A program made the translations under genes and the position numbers. Below the pieces are notes generated by a model. The model was not told the origin of the DNA, did not search any database, and saw only the letters and a program-made list of their open reading frames with translations. Shown piece after piece: positions 8,136 through 15,356 of a stretch of 15,356 nucleotides of DNA. Position 1 is the first letter of the stretch, and the number at the start of each line of letters is the position of its first letter. The stretch is from a bacterium (GTDB lineage: Bacteria; DUMJ01), in NCBI GenBank assembly GCA_049970495.1, contig JBMFMV010000045.1:1-15356 (forward strand), given 5' to 3'.

Positions 8136-9057
8136 GAGAGAAAGAGTTTTATCTGCGGTAAGAGGGGATTCTGTTGATAGAATACCCTTTAGTTTTTGGT
8201 ACCACTTTAGATGGCTAGAGTTTCCTTCCGGAGAACCTTTGGCGGAAGAGGAGCTTAGGTTCTATAATATGTATGACCCAGATTTTCTCAAGGTTATGCA
8301 TGATATACCTTATGAATTACCAGAAGGTATATCTACTATAAAAGAGCCTGAAGACTGGTATAAATTAGATATACTTAGTGCTGATACAAAAAACTTTAGT
8401 GCTCAACGTAAGGCACTAGATATTATAATCAAGAATCTTCCAGATGATGGATTTGTTATAGATACCATATTTAGTACCTTCGCCTATGCCGAAAAATTGA
8501 CAGGTAAAAAGACGATAGAACACCTTAAGAATAATCCTAGAGCGCTTCACTTTGGTTTGGAAGTTATAGCTAGGTCTTTAGCTAATTTTATAGCTTCTTG
8601 TAGAGATATAGGTCTTTCGGGTATATATATGGCACTTCAAGGGGCTAATAGAGACATAATGGACTCCCCTACCTACAGGCAACATTTTATGCCATACGAT
8701 ATGATTATATGGGAATCTGCCAGAGGGTTTGATTTCAATATACTGCATCTCCACGGATACGAGCTGATGTTCGATATTGTTAAGGTCTTTAATCCTGAGG
8801 TTATCACTTGGAGTAATAGGCTGACTCCTCCATCTCTTGAATCGGCTAGAAGCTTATTTAATGGTTGTATAGCTACAGGTCTAAACGAAGAAGCTATTAT
8901 AAATTATTCCTCAAAGGATGTTAAGAGAGAAGTCCTTAAAACTATAGTTGAAGCGGGAGCTAAGAAACTTATAGTAGCCCCAGGTTGTGCTGTCCCTACA
9001 GAGACCCCTAAAGAAAATCTCTTAACTATTAAAGAGATATTGGAAGATCTAAGATGA
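8128..9057 (+). CDS. Uroporphyrinogen decarboxylase/MtaA-CmuA (URO-D-like) superfamily protein, not bona fide HemE
   Basis: MTKRERV..A..G..VDRIP start, ILHLHG, LIVAPGCAVP..TP.EN end; lacks the HemE RQAGR motif. TTG start after GGAGG. Confidence 0.82.
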   Translation: MTKRERVLSAVRGDSVDRIPFSFWYHFRWLEFPSGEPLAEEELRFYNMYDPDFLKVMHDIPYELPEGISTIKEPEDWYKLDILSADTKNFSAQRKALDIIIKNLPDDGFVIDTIFSTFAYAEKLTGKKTIEHLKNNPRALHFGLEVIARSLANFIASCRDIGLSGIYMALQGANRDIMDSPTYRQHFMPYDMIIWESARGFDFNILHLHGYELMFDIVKVFNPEVITWSNRLTPPSLESARSLFNGCIATGLNEEAIINYSSKDVKREVLKTIVEAGAKKLIVAPGCAVPTETPKENLLTIKEILEDLR

Positions 9058-9854
9058 AGCAACAAGAAAGTTTATCTGAACTAACAAGGCTTATAGAGGA
9101 AAGAAGTAAAAAGATTGCTGTTATTGCTTGTGAGGTATTGTGTAGAGAAATCTGTTATGCAGCTCTATTAACTAGGAATATTATTCATCCTGTATTTAAA
9201 CCTAAAGGACTCCATGACAATCCTGAGAGGATGAGAGTAGAACTGCAAGAGGAGATAGATAGAATATCCTCTTTCTCTTCTGTAAAATACCAGGCTATCG
9301 TCTTAATCTATGGCCTCTGTAGTAATGGGACTGTGGGAGTTACTGCTAGAGATATCCCGTTAGTTATACCTAAGGCTCACGACTGCATAACCCTATTTTT
9401 AGGTTCTAAGGAGAGATATGCTAGAGAATTCTCTAAGAATCCAGGGACATATTATTTTACTACTGGTTGGGTTGAAAGAGGTGGGGAGTCTGTAGATAGA
9501 TCTCCTGCCAGTGGATATGGATTGGGTAAGACTTATGAGGAGTATGTAGAAAAATACGGAGAAGAGAATGCAAAATATCTATTCGAGTTAGAGAGGGCTT
9601 GGCTTATCCGTTATAATCAGGCGGTCTATATAGACATGGGACTTTCAATTCCCTTTTCCTATGAGGAAGAAGTAAAGCAAGAGGCAGAGAAGAGGGGTTG
9701 GACTTATCGGAAGATAAATGGTAGTATGAAGCTAATCTCTGATGCCATTGATGGGTATTGGAATCCTAATGATTTTCTCATAGTTCCGCCAGGTTATTCT
9801 ATACAGCCAAGTTATGATACGAATATCCTAAAAGTAGCACTACCAAATGAATAA
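9054..9854 (+). CDS. DUF1638-like protein
   Basis: IACEVL.RE, GLH.NPE.MR.ELQ..ID, YGLCSNG, AHDCITLFLGS, GTYYFT.GW, EKYGEENA motifs recalled from DUF1638 proteins. Confidence 0.8.
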   Translation: MKQQESLSELTRLIEERSKKIAVIACEVLCREICYAALLTRNIIHPVFKPKGLHDNPERMRVELQEEIDRISSFSSVKYQAIVLIYGLCSNGTVGVTARDIPLVIPKAHDCITLFLGSKERYAREFSKNPGTYYFTTGWVERGGESVDRSPASGYGLGKTYEEYVEKYGEENAKYLFELERAWLIRYNQAVYIDMGLSIPFSYEEEVKQEAEKRGWTYRKINGSMKLISDAIDGYWNPNDFLIVPPGYSIQPSYDTNILKVALPNE

Positions 9855-11109
9855 TTCGGTAGACCTTTCTACAAGGCAGTATAGGAGGAATTTTATACTT
9901 GGAGCTACACAGTCGGGATTATGGGGGTTAGCACTGACTTTTGCCTCTACCGCTACTGTAATCCCTATGTTTCTAAAGAAACTTGGTGCTTCTGATGTCC
10001 AGATAGGACTCATTCCCACCCTGGTCAATCTTGGTTTTACCTTTCCAAGTATCTTCTCAGCACCTATTGTGGAGAGGGTAAACTCTGTGAAAAAGTTTGT
10101 TGCTACTGTTACTTGGCTAGAGAGAAGTCCATACCCATTCCTTTCTCTCTTAGCTTTTACACTTGCAAAGTCAAATCCTCAGTTGACTATCTATTTATCG
10201 TTAATATTTTTAGCCATAGGATATTTTGGGACAGGATTTATAATGCCTGGCTGGATGGACTTTGTTGCTAGGATTATCCCTGTAACTAGTAGGGGAAAAT
10301 TTATCGCTCTAGGTAATGGTCTTGGTGGGGTCTTAGGTATAGGTGGTTCTATATTGGTAAGTGAGATCTTAAGTAAGTATCCATTCCCTCAGAACTTTGG
10401 GATCTGTTTCGTAATTACAATGATTATCCTTCTTATAGCATATGTTATTCTTCTCTGTATAAAAGAACCAAAGATAGAAAAGAAAAATGAGAATAGGAAG
10501 ACAAATTATACTAAAGAGATTACAAAGATTTTAAAGGAAAATAGGTATTTCAGAAACTATATATTGGCAAGGTTTCTTGTCAGTTTTGGAGTGATGGGAT
10601 TAGCATTCTATACCGTTCACGCAGTTAGTAAATTTTCTCTACCGGATAGATATATAGGCACATTTACTATGTTTTTCGTTGGTGCCCAGCCTTTAGCTAA
10701 TCTCCTCTGGGGACCTTTGGCTGATAGAACAGGGCACAAGAATGTATTATTAGGTGGAGTTATCTGTAACCTATTAGGGAATCTTATAGCTTTGATTAGC
10801 CCTATACCTACACCATTTTATCTAGTCTTTGCCCTCTCTGGAGCTATGAATAGTGCTTTTATGATCTCTGGACTTCCTATAATATTAGAATTTGCTCCTC
10901 CAGATAGAAGGCCAACATTTATAGGGATAAATAATATCCTTATATCTCCAGCATTAGCTCTTAGCCCTTTAATTGGTGGCTTTATAGCAAAGAATTTTGG
11001 TTACCCAATAGTCTTTCTTGTGTCCCTTATGGCCAATATATTAGGCTTATCCGTACTCTTCTTTGGCGTAACAGACCCTAGAAAAAAGAATTCACATCTT
11101 CTTGCTTAG
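9847..11109 (+). CDS. MFS transporter
   Basis: About 12 hydrophobic segments in two halves separated by a charged loop (KEPKIEKKNENRK); motif-A-like WGPLADRTGHK; EFAP...RPTFIG. Confidence 0.9.
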   Translation: MNNSVDLSTRQYRRNFILGATQSGLWGLALTFASTATVIPMFLKKLGASDVQIGLIPTLVNLGFTFPSIFSAPIVERVNSVKKFVATVTWLERSPYPFLSLLAFTLAKSNPQLTIYLSLIFLAIGYFGTGFIMPGWMDFVARIIPVTSRGKFIALGNGLGGVLGIGGSILVSEILSKYPFPQNFGICFVITMIILLIAYVILLCIKEPKIEKKNENRKTNYTKEITKILKENRYFRNYILARFLVSFGVMGLAFYTVHAVSKFSLPDRYIGTFTMFFVGAQPLANLLWGPLADRTGHKNVLLGGVICNLLGNLIALISPIPTPFYLVFALSGAMNSAFMISGLPIILEFAPPDRRPTFIGINNILISPALALSPLIGGFIAKNFGYPIVFLVSLMANILGLSVLFFGVTDPRKKNSHLLA

Positions 11110-11406
11110 TAGATTATCCTTAAGCTTATATGAAGATAAATAATAGCTTTTATATATGCTTGAATAGTGATTTATATCTCTTAGCCTCCTTTTTAGGTCT
11201 GCCTCTATATTCCTAAGATGCGTCATAATCTTATTATTATTCTCTAGAATAGATTTGGCCTCATTGAACCCTAGCTTTACTTCGGGGACTGATGCCAATA
11301 GTTCCTCTCTCTTTAAGATAAGACTTGATATCTCTAGTGGATCAAGGAGGGAAAGAATTTTGGTGTCTAGCTCGATAATTCTATTTAATAGCTCTTCCTT
11401 ACTCAT
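11092..11406 (-). CDS. Probable FliT-like flagellar chaperone
   Basis: 104-aa helical protein (LILKREELL) immediately after fliS in flaG-fliD-fliS-X order; assignment mainly by position and size. Confidence 0.55.
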   Translation of the reverse strand: MSKEELLNRIIELDTKILSLLDPLEISSLILKREELLASVPEVKLGFNEAKSILENNNKIMTHLRNIEADLKRRLRDINHYSSIYKSYYLSSYKLKDNLLSKKM

Positions 11407-11773
11407 AGTCTTTAATTTCCTCCCATGCCTCTAATAACCCTGCAAGTATACCCTTTACCCTTATTATTCCTTCCTTATCATTACTTCCATTACTAACTGT
11501 TAAGGTATATAGACAGAAATCATAGAGCTTCGATAGGTTCTCTGCTATTATACCTCCTTTTTCCATATCCAGTGTACTGAGTAGGTATTCTACTATCTTA
11601 CAGACTTTACCTATACTTTCGCTAGAGCCTAAGAAATTACTAGCTTCTATATCTTCTATGGCCTTGTCCAACAATGCTATACTCCTTTTATATAGTAATA
11701 CTATTAACTCTCCTTGACTACTGGTTAGAACCTTTGTCATTTCATACTGATTATAAGGACTTGCTATAGCCAT
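11399..11773 (-). CDS. fliS: Flagellin export chaperone FliS
   Basis: Y....VLTSS.GELIVLLY, L.STLDMEKGG.IAENL.KLYDF, L.GLLEAWEEI. Confidence 0.95.
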   Translation of the reverse strand: MAIASPYNQYEMTKVLTSSQGELIVLLYKRSIALLDKAIEDIEASNFLGSSESIGKVCKIVEYLLSTLDMEKGGIIAENLSKLYDFCLYTLTVSNGSNDKEGIIRVKGILAGLLEAWEEIKDYE

Positions 11774-13542
11774 TATTTCCCTCCTTGTTTCTGTAATCCT
11801 GTTATATAACTAGACAAAAAGTTACTCTGGGATTGTAAACTTGCAATAGCGCTTTCAAGGGCAGTAAACTTTGCGATAAGGCTTTCCTCATAGAGAGAAA
11901 GCCTCAAGCTTGTATCACTTATAAGCTCATTGAGCTCCTTATATTCAGTAGTAAGATTATTTATTGTATAAGGGATAACTCCTGTAACTTCTTCAGTATA
12001 TTCTTTTAGAATATTATTTAATCTTACCGCTATACCAGCTGTACTTTCCGTTGTTACTCTATATCCATAGGATATCTTAAGACTATTTGCCGGTGCCTGT
12101 CCCAAAGTAAGAGTCCCTGTAGTATAATCAATCTTAAACTGACCCAGTCCCGGGGTTGTATTCCCAAATACCTGTGTAAGTAGAACTCCGTCTGCATATA
12201 CCATTGGTCTAATATCATATGAAACTGGCACATGTTTTAGCTTAAACGTAGTACTCATCCCATCTATGTTACCTTCTGGTATTTCATCTTGAATAAACGT
12301 ATAGGATTTTGAGAATAATTCTGCAACTACCTCTGGATTTTCAGTTAGAGCTCCGTTTAGAGTCTCGTAGTCTATGGTAAGTTTACCAGATAGGATATCT
12401 TCCATTGAGACATATCCAACTTTTCCTATAGATATCCCTATATCTGCTAGAGACCTTATATTTGGAGATAGTGGTGTTCCATCACTTGCATGTACTACTC
12501 CAGATATAATGCTTCTAAGTTGCTCCTCTATTTCTCTTAACGTAGAATCATTCCTTAATAATCCCACTTTTAATTTTTCGTTATGTTGCTGTATCTCATA
12601 ATAGGTCATCTTTTCTTTTTCTGCCTCGCTTAAAAAGGCTATCCCTTCTTCTCTCTCTTCTGTAAGTTTTGTCCTTATATAGGATATAGTCTCATTGTAC
12701 ACGTTTACAAACCTTTCTATATTTGATATAGCCTGAGATGTATCATAGTTTATTGTAACTACAGATGTTCCAGTAGAGTTAATATTAAGAATAACCCCTT
12801 CAAATAGGTCTGTAACTTTATTGGATTGTCTTATAATAGTTCCTGTCATGCCTGATAGAGTAAATTGTAGATCTGTGGCAAGTTGGGTTTTTGCCTCTCC
12901 ACTACTGTTTGGGTATTTTACAGTACCATCATCTTTTAAAATTCCTAGAGTAATTAGCGCATCATTATTTCCGGAGAAATCTATACTATCTATGCTTCCT
13001 ATAAGAGATGTGATTGCAAGTCTATAACCTGAGCCTGTATTCACTATACTCGCCTTAACCTTAGCACTTATATCTGCATCGGTATTTATAGCCTGAGCTA
13101 TATCTAATAGAGAGGCTTGAGTTCCTACATTTATAGTCTTTCCGTTTATCGTTATATTTCCATTAGAAAATGTAATCTTTTCAGATTTAGAATTATAGCT
13201 ATTGCTTGTTACTGTATGCGCCCTGGCTATATCAAGCACATTAAAGACATATGTCCCTAAAGGGGCAGAACCGGTAGTAGAGACGGTTAAGACAGATTCA
13301 TTCGAAGAGACACCCTTTTTGGTAACTATACTGTTTTTATCTGCAAGATTTGATGCAACCTCCTGAAGAGTCTTTAATCTCTCTTTTATACTATTCCATA
13401 TCTCCTGTTTCCAAGTTATCTCTAACTGCTGATTCTGATACCTGGTAATCGGTGCCTTTGCTGTTAACATCAAAGCCTTTATAATGCTCTCTGTGTCTAT
13501 ACCAGAAGCTAGACCCCAAACATTAAAAGATGAACTAGCCAT
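11773..13542 (-). CDS. fliD: Flagellar filament cap protein FliD (HAP2) with an extra inserted domain
   Basis: GLASGIDTESII..LM N-terminus, FV..YN, GLLRNDSTLR, LADIGI, GKLTID...L..AL.ENPE.V.ELF, C-terminal KFTALE.AI..LQSQ.NFL. Start set at ATG 13542 (AGGTGA SD upstream); ORF-track GTG 13551 is the alternative. Confidence 0.95.
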   Translation of the reverse strand: MASSSFNVWGLASGIDTESIIKALMLTAKAPITRYQNQQLEITWKQEIWNSIKERLKTLQEVASNLADKNSIVTKKGVSSNESVLTVSTTGSAPLGTYVFNVLDIARAHTVTSNSYNSKSEKITFSNGNITINGKTINVGTQASLLDIAQAINTDADISAKVKASIVNTGSGYRLAITSLIGSIDSIDFSGNNDALITLGILKDDGTVKYPNSSGEAKTQLATDLQFTLSGMTGTIIRQSNKVTDLFEGVILNINSTGTSVVTINYDTSQAISNIERFVNVYNETISYIRTKLTEEREEGIAFLSEAEKEKMTYYEIQQHNEKLKVGLLRNDSTLREIEEQLRSIISGVVHASDGTPLSPNIRSLADIGISIGKVGYVSMEDILSGKLTIDYETLNGALTENPEVVAELFSKSYTFIQDEIPEGNIDGMSTTFKLKHVPVSYDIRPMVYADGVLLTQVFGNTTPGLGQFKIDYTTGTLTLGQAPANSLKISYGYRVTTESTAGIAVRLNNILKEYTEEVTGVIPYTINNLTTEYKELNELISDTSLRLSLYEESLIAKFTALESAIASLQSQSNFLSSYITGLQKQGGK

Positions 13543-13551
13543 ACTTATCAC

Positions 13552-13848
13552 CTATACCTTCTTATCTATAATAAGACCTGACATCTTAAGAAACTCTGAG
13601 ACCATATTTAAAATTTTTTCGGGGGGAAACTCCCTTATTACTTCTCCTGTCTGCGAATCTATAATCTGAACGATTATCTCATTAGTAGGCTTATGAATTT
13701 TAAACCTAAAATGCATATCTATTAGCTCAAAATTTTTAGGCTCTTCATTCTCTTCTATATTTACTTCTAAAGGCTTTGGCTTTGGTTTCGGATTTATTAC
13801 TAGTGCCTTTATATTTTCTCTTATATTATCAACGGGCCTGCCATCCAT
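13552..13848 (-). CDS. flaG: Flagellar protein FlaG
   Basis: FRFKIH..TNEIIVQIIDSQTGEVIREFPPEKIL...GLIIDKKV signature; directly upstream of fliD. Confidence 0.92.
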   Translation of the reverse strand: MDGRPVDNIRENIKALVINPKPKPKPLEVNIEENEEPKNFELIDMHFRFKIHKPTNEIIVQIIDSQTGEVIREFPPEKILNMVSEFLKMSGLIIDKKV

Positions 13849-13885
13849 AGTAACCCCAAAAAATCTACTGTCTTCTACTTTATTT

Positions 13886-13912
13886 ATATCGGTAGAAATT
13901 TTGAAAACTTTA
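13886..13912 (-). promoter_or_regulatory. Sigma-28 (FliA/SigD) promoter of the flaG-fliD-fliS-fliT operon
   Basis: Minus strand reads TAAAGTTT (13912-13905)-N11-ACCGATAT (13893-13886), versus consensus TAAAGTTT-N11-GCCGATA(A/T); 37 nt upstream of the flaG ATG. Confidence 0.88.
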
Positions 13913-13916
13913 GTAT

Positions 13917-13922
13917 TATAAT
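13917..13922 (+). promoter_or_regulatory. Candidate sigma-70 -10 box for the radical SAM gene
   Basis: TATAAT 10 nt upstream of ATG 13933; no SD; only a weak -35 candidate (TAGAAA 13893-13898, 18-nt spacer). Confidence 0.4.
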
Positions 13923-13932
13923 TAAAAATACA

Positions 13933-14826
13933 ATGATAGACCTTAAAGTCTTAAAAGAGAAAAGGGATATAGCCTATTCTTATTTAGAATCTTGCAGGCT
14001 CTGCCCTAGGGAATGTGGTGTAAATAGACTTAAAGGAGAAAGGGGAACCTGTGGGGTAGATGCAAGACTCTGGGTTTCTAGTTATGGCCCTCACCATGGG
14101 GAAGAGCCTCCTCTAAGTGGAGTTAACGGTTCTGGAACAATCTTTTTTACCTACTGTAATCTCAAGTGTATCTACTGTCAAAACTATACTATAAGTCAGT
14201 TAGGTGAGGGAGATATGATCTCAGAGGAAGACCTAGCTAATATAATGCTCTATTTAGAAAGGCTTGGTTGTCATAATATAAACCTTGTTACCCCAACTCA
14301 CTTTGTCCCTCAGATATTGTCTGGATTAGTTATAGCTATAGAGAAAGGGCTGAATATTCCGATAGTCTATAATACTAGCGGTTATGAGAGTCTTGAGGTC
14401 TTAAAACTTTTAGAGGGTGTCATAGATATATACCTTCCAGATATGAGGTATAGCTCTGAGGAGTATGCGATAAAATTTTCTAATGCCCCTAGATATCCGG
14501 AAATTAATAGACTAGCAGTAAAAGAGATGTTTAGACAGGTGGGGAATCTAGTATTAGATAGAAATGGGATAGCTAAGAGGGGACTTATAATAAGACACTT
14601 AGTAATGCCGGATGATATAAGTGGGACAGAGGAAGTGTTAAGGTTTATATCAGAAGAGATCTCTAAGGATACATATATAAGCCTTATGGCTCAGTATAGA
14701 CCTATGTATAAAGCTATAAGTTTCCCCCCTATCAACAGGAGAATAAGTAGAGAGGAGTATGAAAAAGCAGTAGAGATAGCTAAAATTTTAGGTCTTAGAA
14801 ATGTATGGACTCAGATGGTTCCATAA
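13933..14826 (+). CDS. Radical SAM protein, PflX-like (PFL-activating-enzyme-related) family
   Basis: N-terminal CRLCPRECGVNR...G.C, H.GEEPPLSG..GSGTIFF, CNLKCIYCQN (CxxxCxxC), HNINLVTPTH, YNTSGY, DIYLPD, IIRHLVMP, M.QYRP. Confidence 0.9.
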   Translation: MIDLKVLKEKRDIAYSYLESCRLCPRECGVNRLKGERGTCGVDARLWVSSYGPHHGEEPPLSGVNGSGTIFFTYCNLKCIYCQNYTISQLGEGDMISEEDLANIMLYLERLGCHNINLVTPTHFVPQILSGLVIAIEKGLNIPIVYNTSGYESLEVLKLLEGVIDIYLPDMRYSSEEYAIKFSNAPRYPEINRLAVKEMFRQVGNLVLDRNGIAKRGLIIRHLVMPDDISGTEEVLRFISEEISKDTYISLMAQYRPMYKAISFPPINRRISREEYEKAVEIAKILGLRNVWTQMVP

Positions 14827-15355
14827 AAACCTCTACTCTGTTTCTACCCAATGACTTTGCCTGATATAAAGCTTGATCTGCCTTTTTTAATAGGTCAATC
14901 GCTTCTTCTCCATCATCGGGAAAGCTAGATATTCCAAAACTTACAGTTATCTTTTCAGGAACTCCTATCTCTTTAAAGGATGTCTCTTCTATTTCAATTC
15001 TTATCCTTTCAGCAATTCTATATGCATCATATTTACTCACATTGGGTAAAACTATTACAAACTCTTCACCACCGTATCTAGCTACAACATCTTCCCCTCT
15101 TATATTAGCCTTGAGTATGAGGGCTAACCCCTTGAGAACCTCGTCTCCAACCTTATGTCCATATGTATCATTGATCTTTTTGAAATAGTCTATATCAGCC
15201 ATAATAATGGAAAGATATCTACTATAAGCCTTGGCTCTGATCAACTCGTGAGAAAGTTTCTCCTCTAAGTATCTCCTATTGTAAAGACCTGTTAAAGGGT
15301 CGGTTATTGCTAGTTTTTCTGCCTCCTCTTTAGCCCTTTCTGTCTCAAATAGTTT
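14795..15355 (-). CDS. Diguanylate cyclase (GGEEF domain), 5' part outside the window
   Basis: The frame stays open to the window edge: KLFETERAKEEAEKLAITDPLTGLYNRRYLEEKL...DIDYFKKINDTYGH.VGD...RGEDVVARYGGEEF...AD.ALY.AK..GRN. The ORF-track start at 15244 is internal. Confidence 0.95.
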   Translation of the reverse strand, partial: KLFETERAKEEAEKLAITDPLTGLYNRRYLEEKLSHELIRAKAYSRYLSIIMADIDYFKKINDTYGHKVGDEVLKGLALILKANIRGEDVVARYGGEEFVIVLPNVSKYDAYRIAERIRIEIEETSFKEIGVPEKITVSFGISSFPDDGEEAIDLLKKADQALYQAKSLGRNRVEVFMEPSESIHF

Positions 15356-15356
15356 C

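Noticed and set aside
8128..9057. Calling this gene hemE
   Set aside because: It lacks the RQAGR motif and no tetrapyrrole genes are nearby.
9840..10028. 62-aa minus-strand ORF
   Set aside because: Antisense to the MFS gene.
7502..11109. Pyrrolysine or selenocysteine read-through in the methyltransferase-like module
   Set aside because: ORFs with recognisable families are full length, and stops coincide with next-gene overlaps; TAG is used as an ordinary stop in core genes.
12374..13669. Plus-strand ORFs 12374-12601, 12821-13027 and 13484-13669
   Set aside because: Antisense shadows of fliD and flaG.
13771..13791. Short repeat encoding PKPKPKP in FlaG
   Set aside because: Low-complexity linker with varied codons; not a phase-variable tract or CRISPR-like repeat.
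13901..13922. TTGAAA...TATAAT as a complete sigma-70 promoter
   Set aside because: The spacer is only 10 nt, so this -35 cannot pair with that -10.

Overview
AT-rich bacterial chromosomal window (roughly mid-30s % GC by eye; Glu/Lys/Ile-rich proteins suggest a thermophilic anaerobe, lineage not determinable here), almost fully coding. The plus strand (1-11109) is a tightly coupled run: rpsF (partial)-ssb-rpsR-rplI-dnaB, a nicotinamidase-like hydrolase, a SAM methyltransferase, ispH-der-plsY and a TrmH-family methyltransferase. An accessory module follows: a 76-aa orphan, a PaaI-type thioesterase, a UroD/MtaA-fold protein lacking HemE motifs, a DUF1638-like protein and an MFS transporter. On the minus strand a flaG-fliD-fliS-fliT-like operon has a near-consensus sigma-28 promoter and no adjacent flagellin. 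It diverges from a PflX-type radical SAM gene, which converges on a partial GGEEF diguanylate cyclase. Main points of interest: an ~85-aa beta-rich insertion in FliD resembling phage tail/surface-protein modules, the uncharacterised UroD-like/DUF1638/MFS module, and a candidate pseudoknot between ssb and rpsR. No rRNA, tRNA, CRISPR or mobile element was seen. All family assignments are from motif recognition, not database searches.
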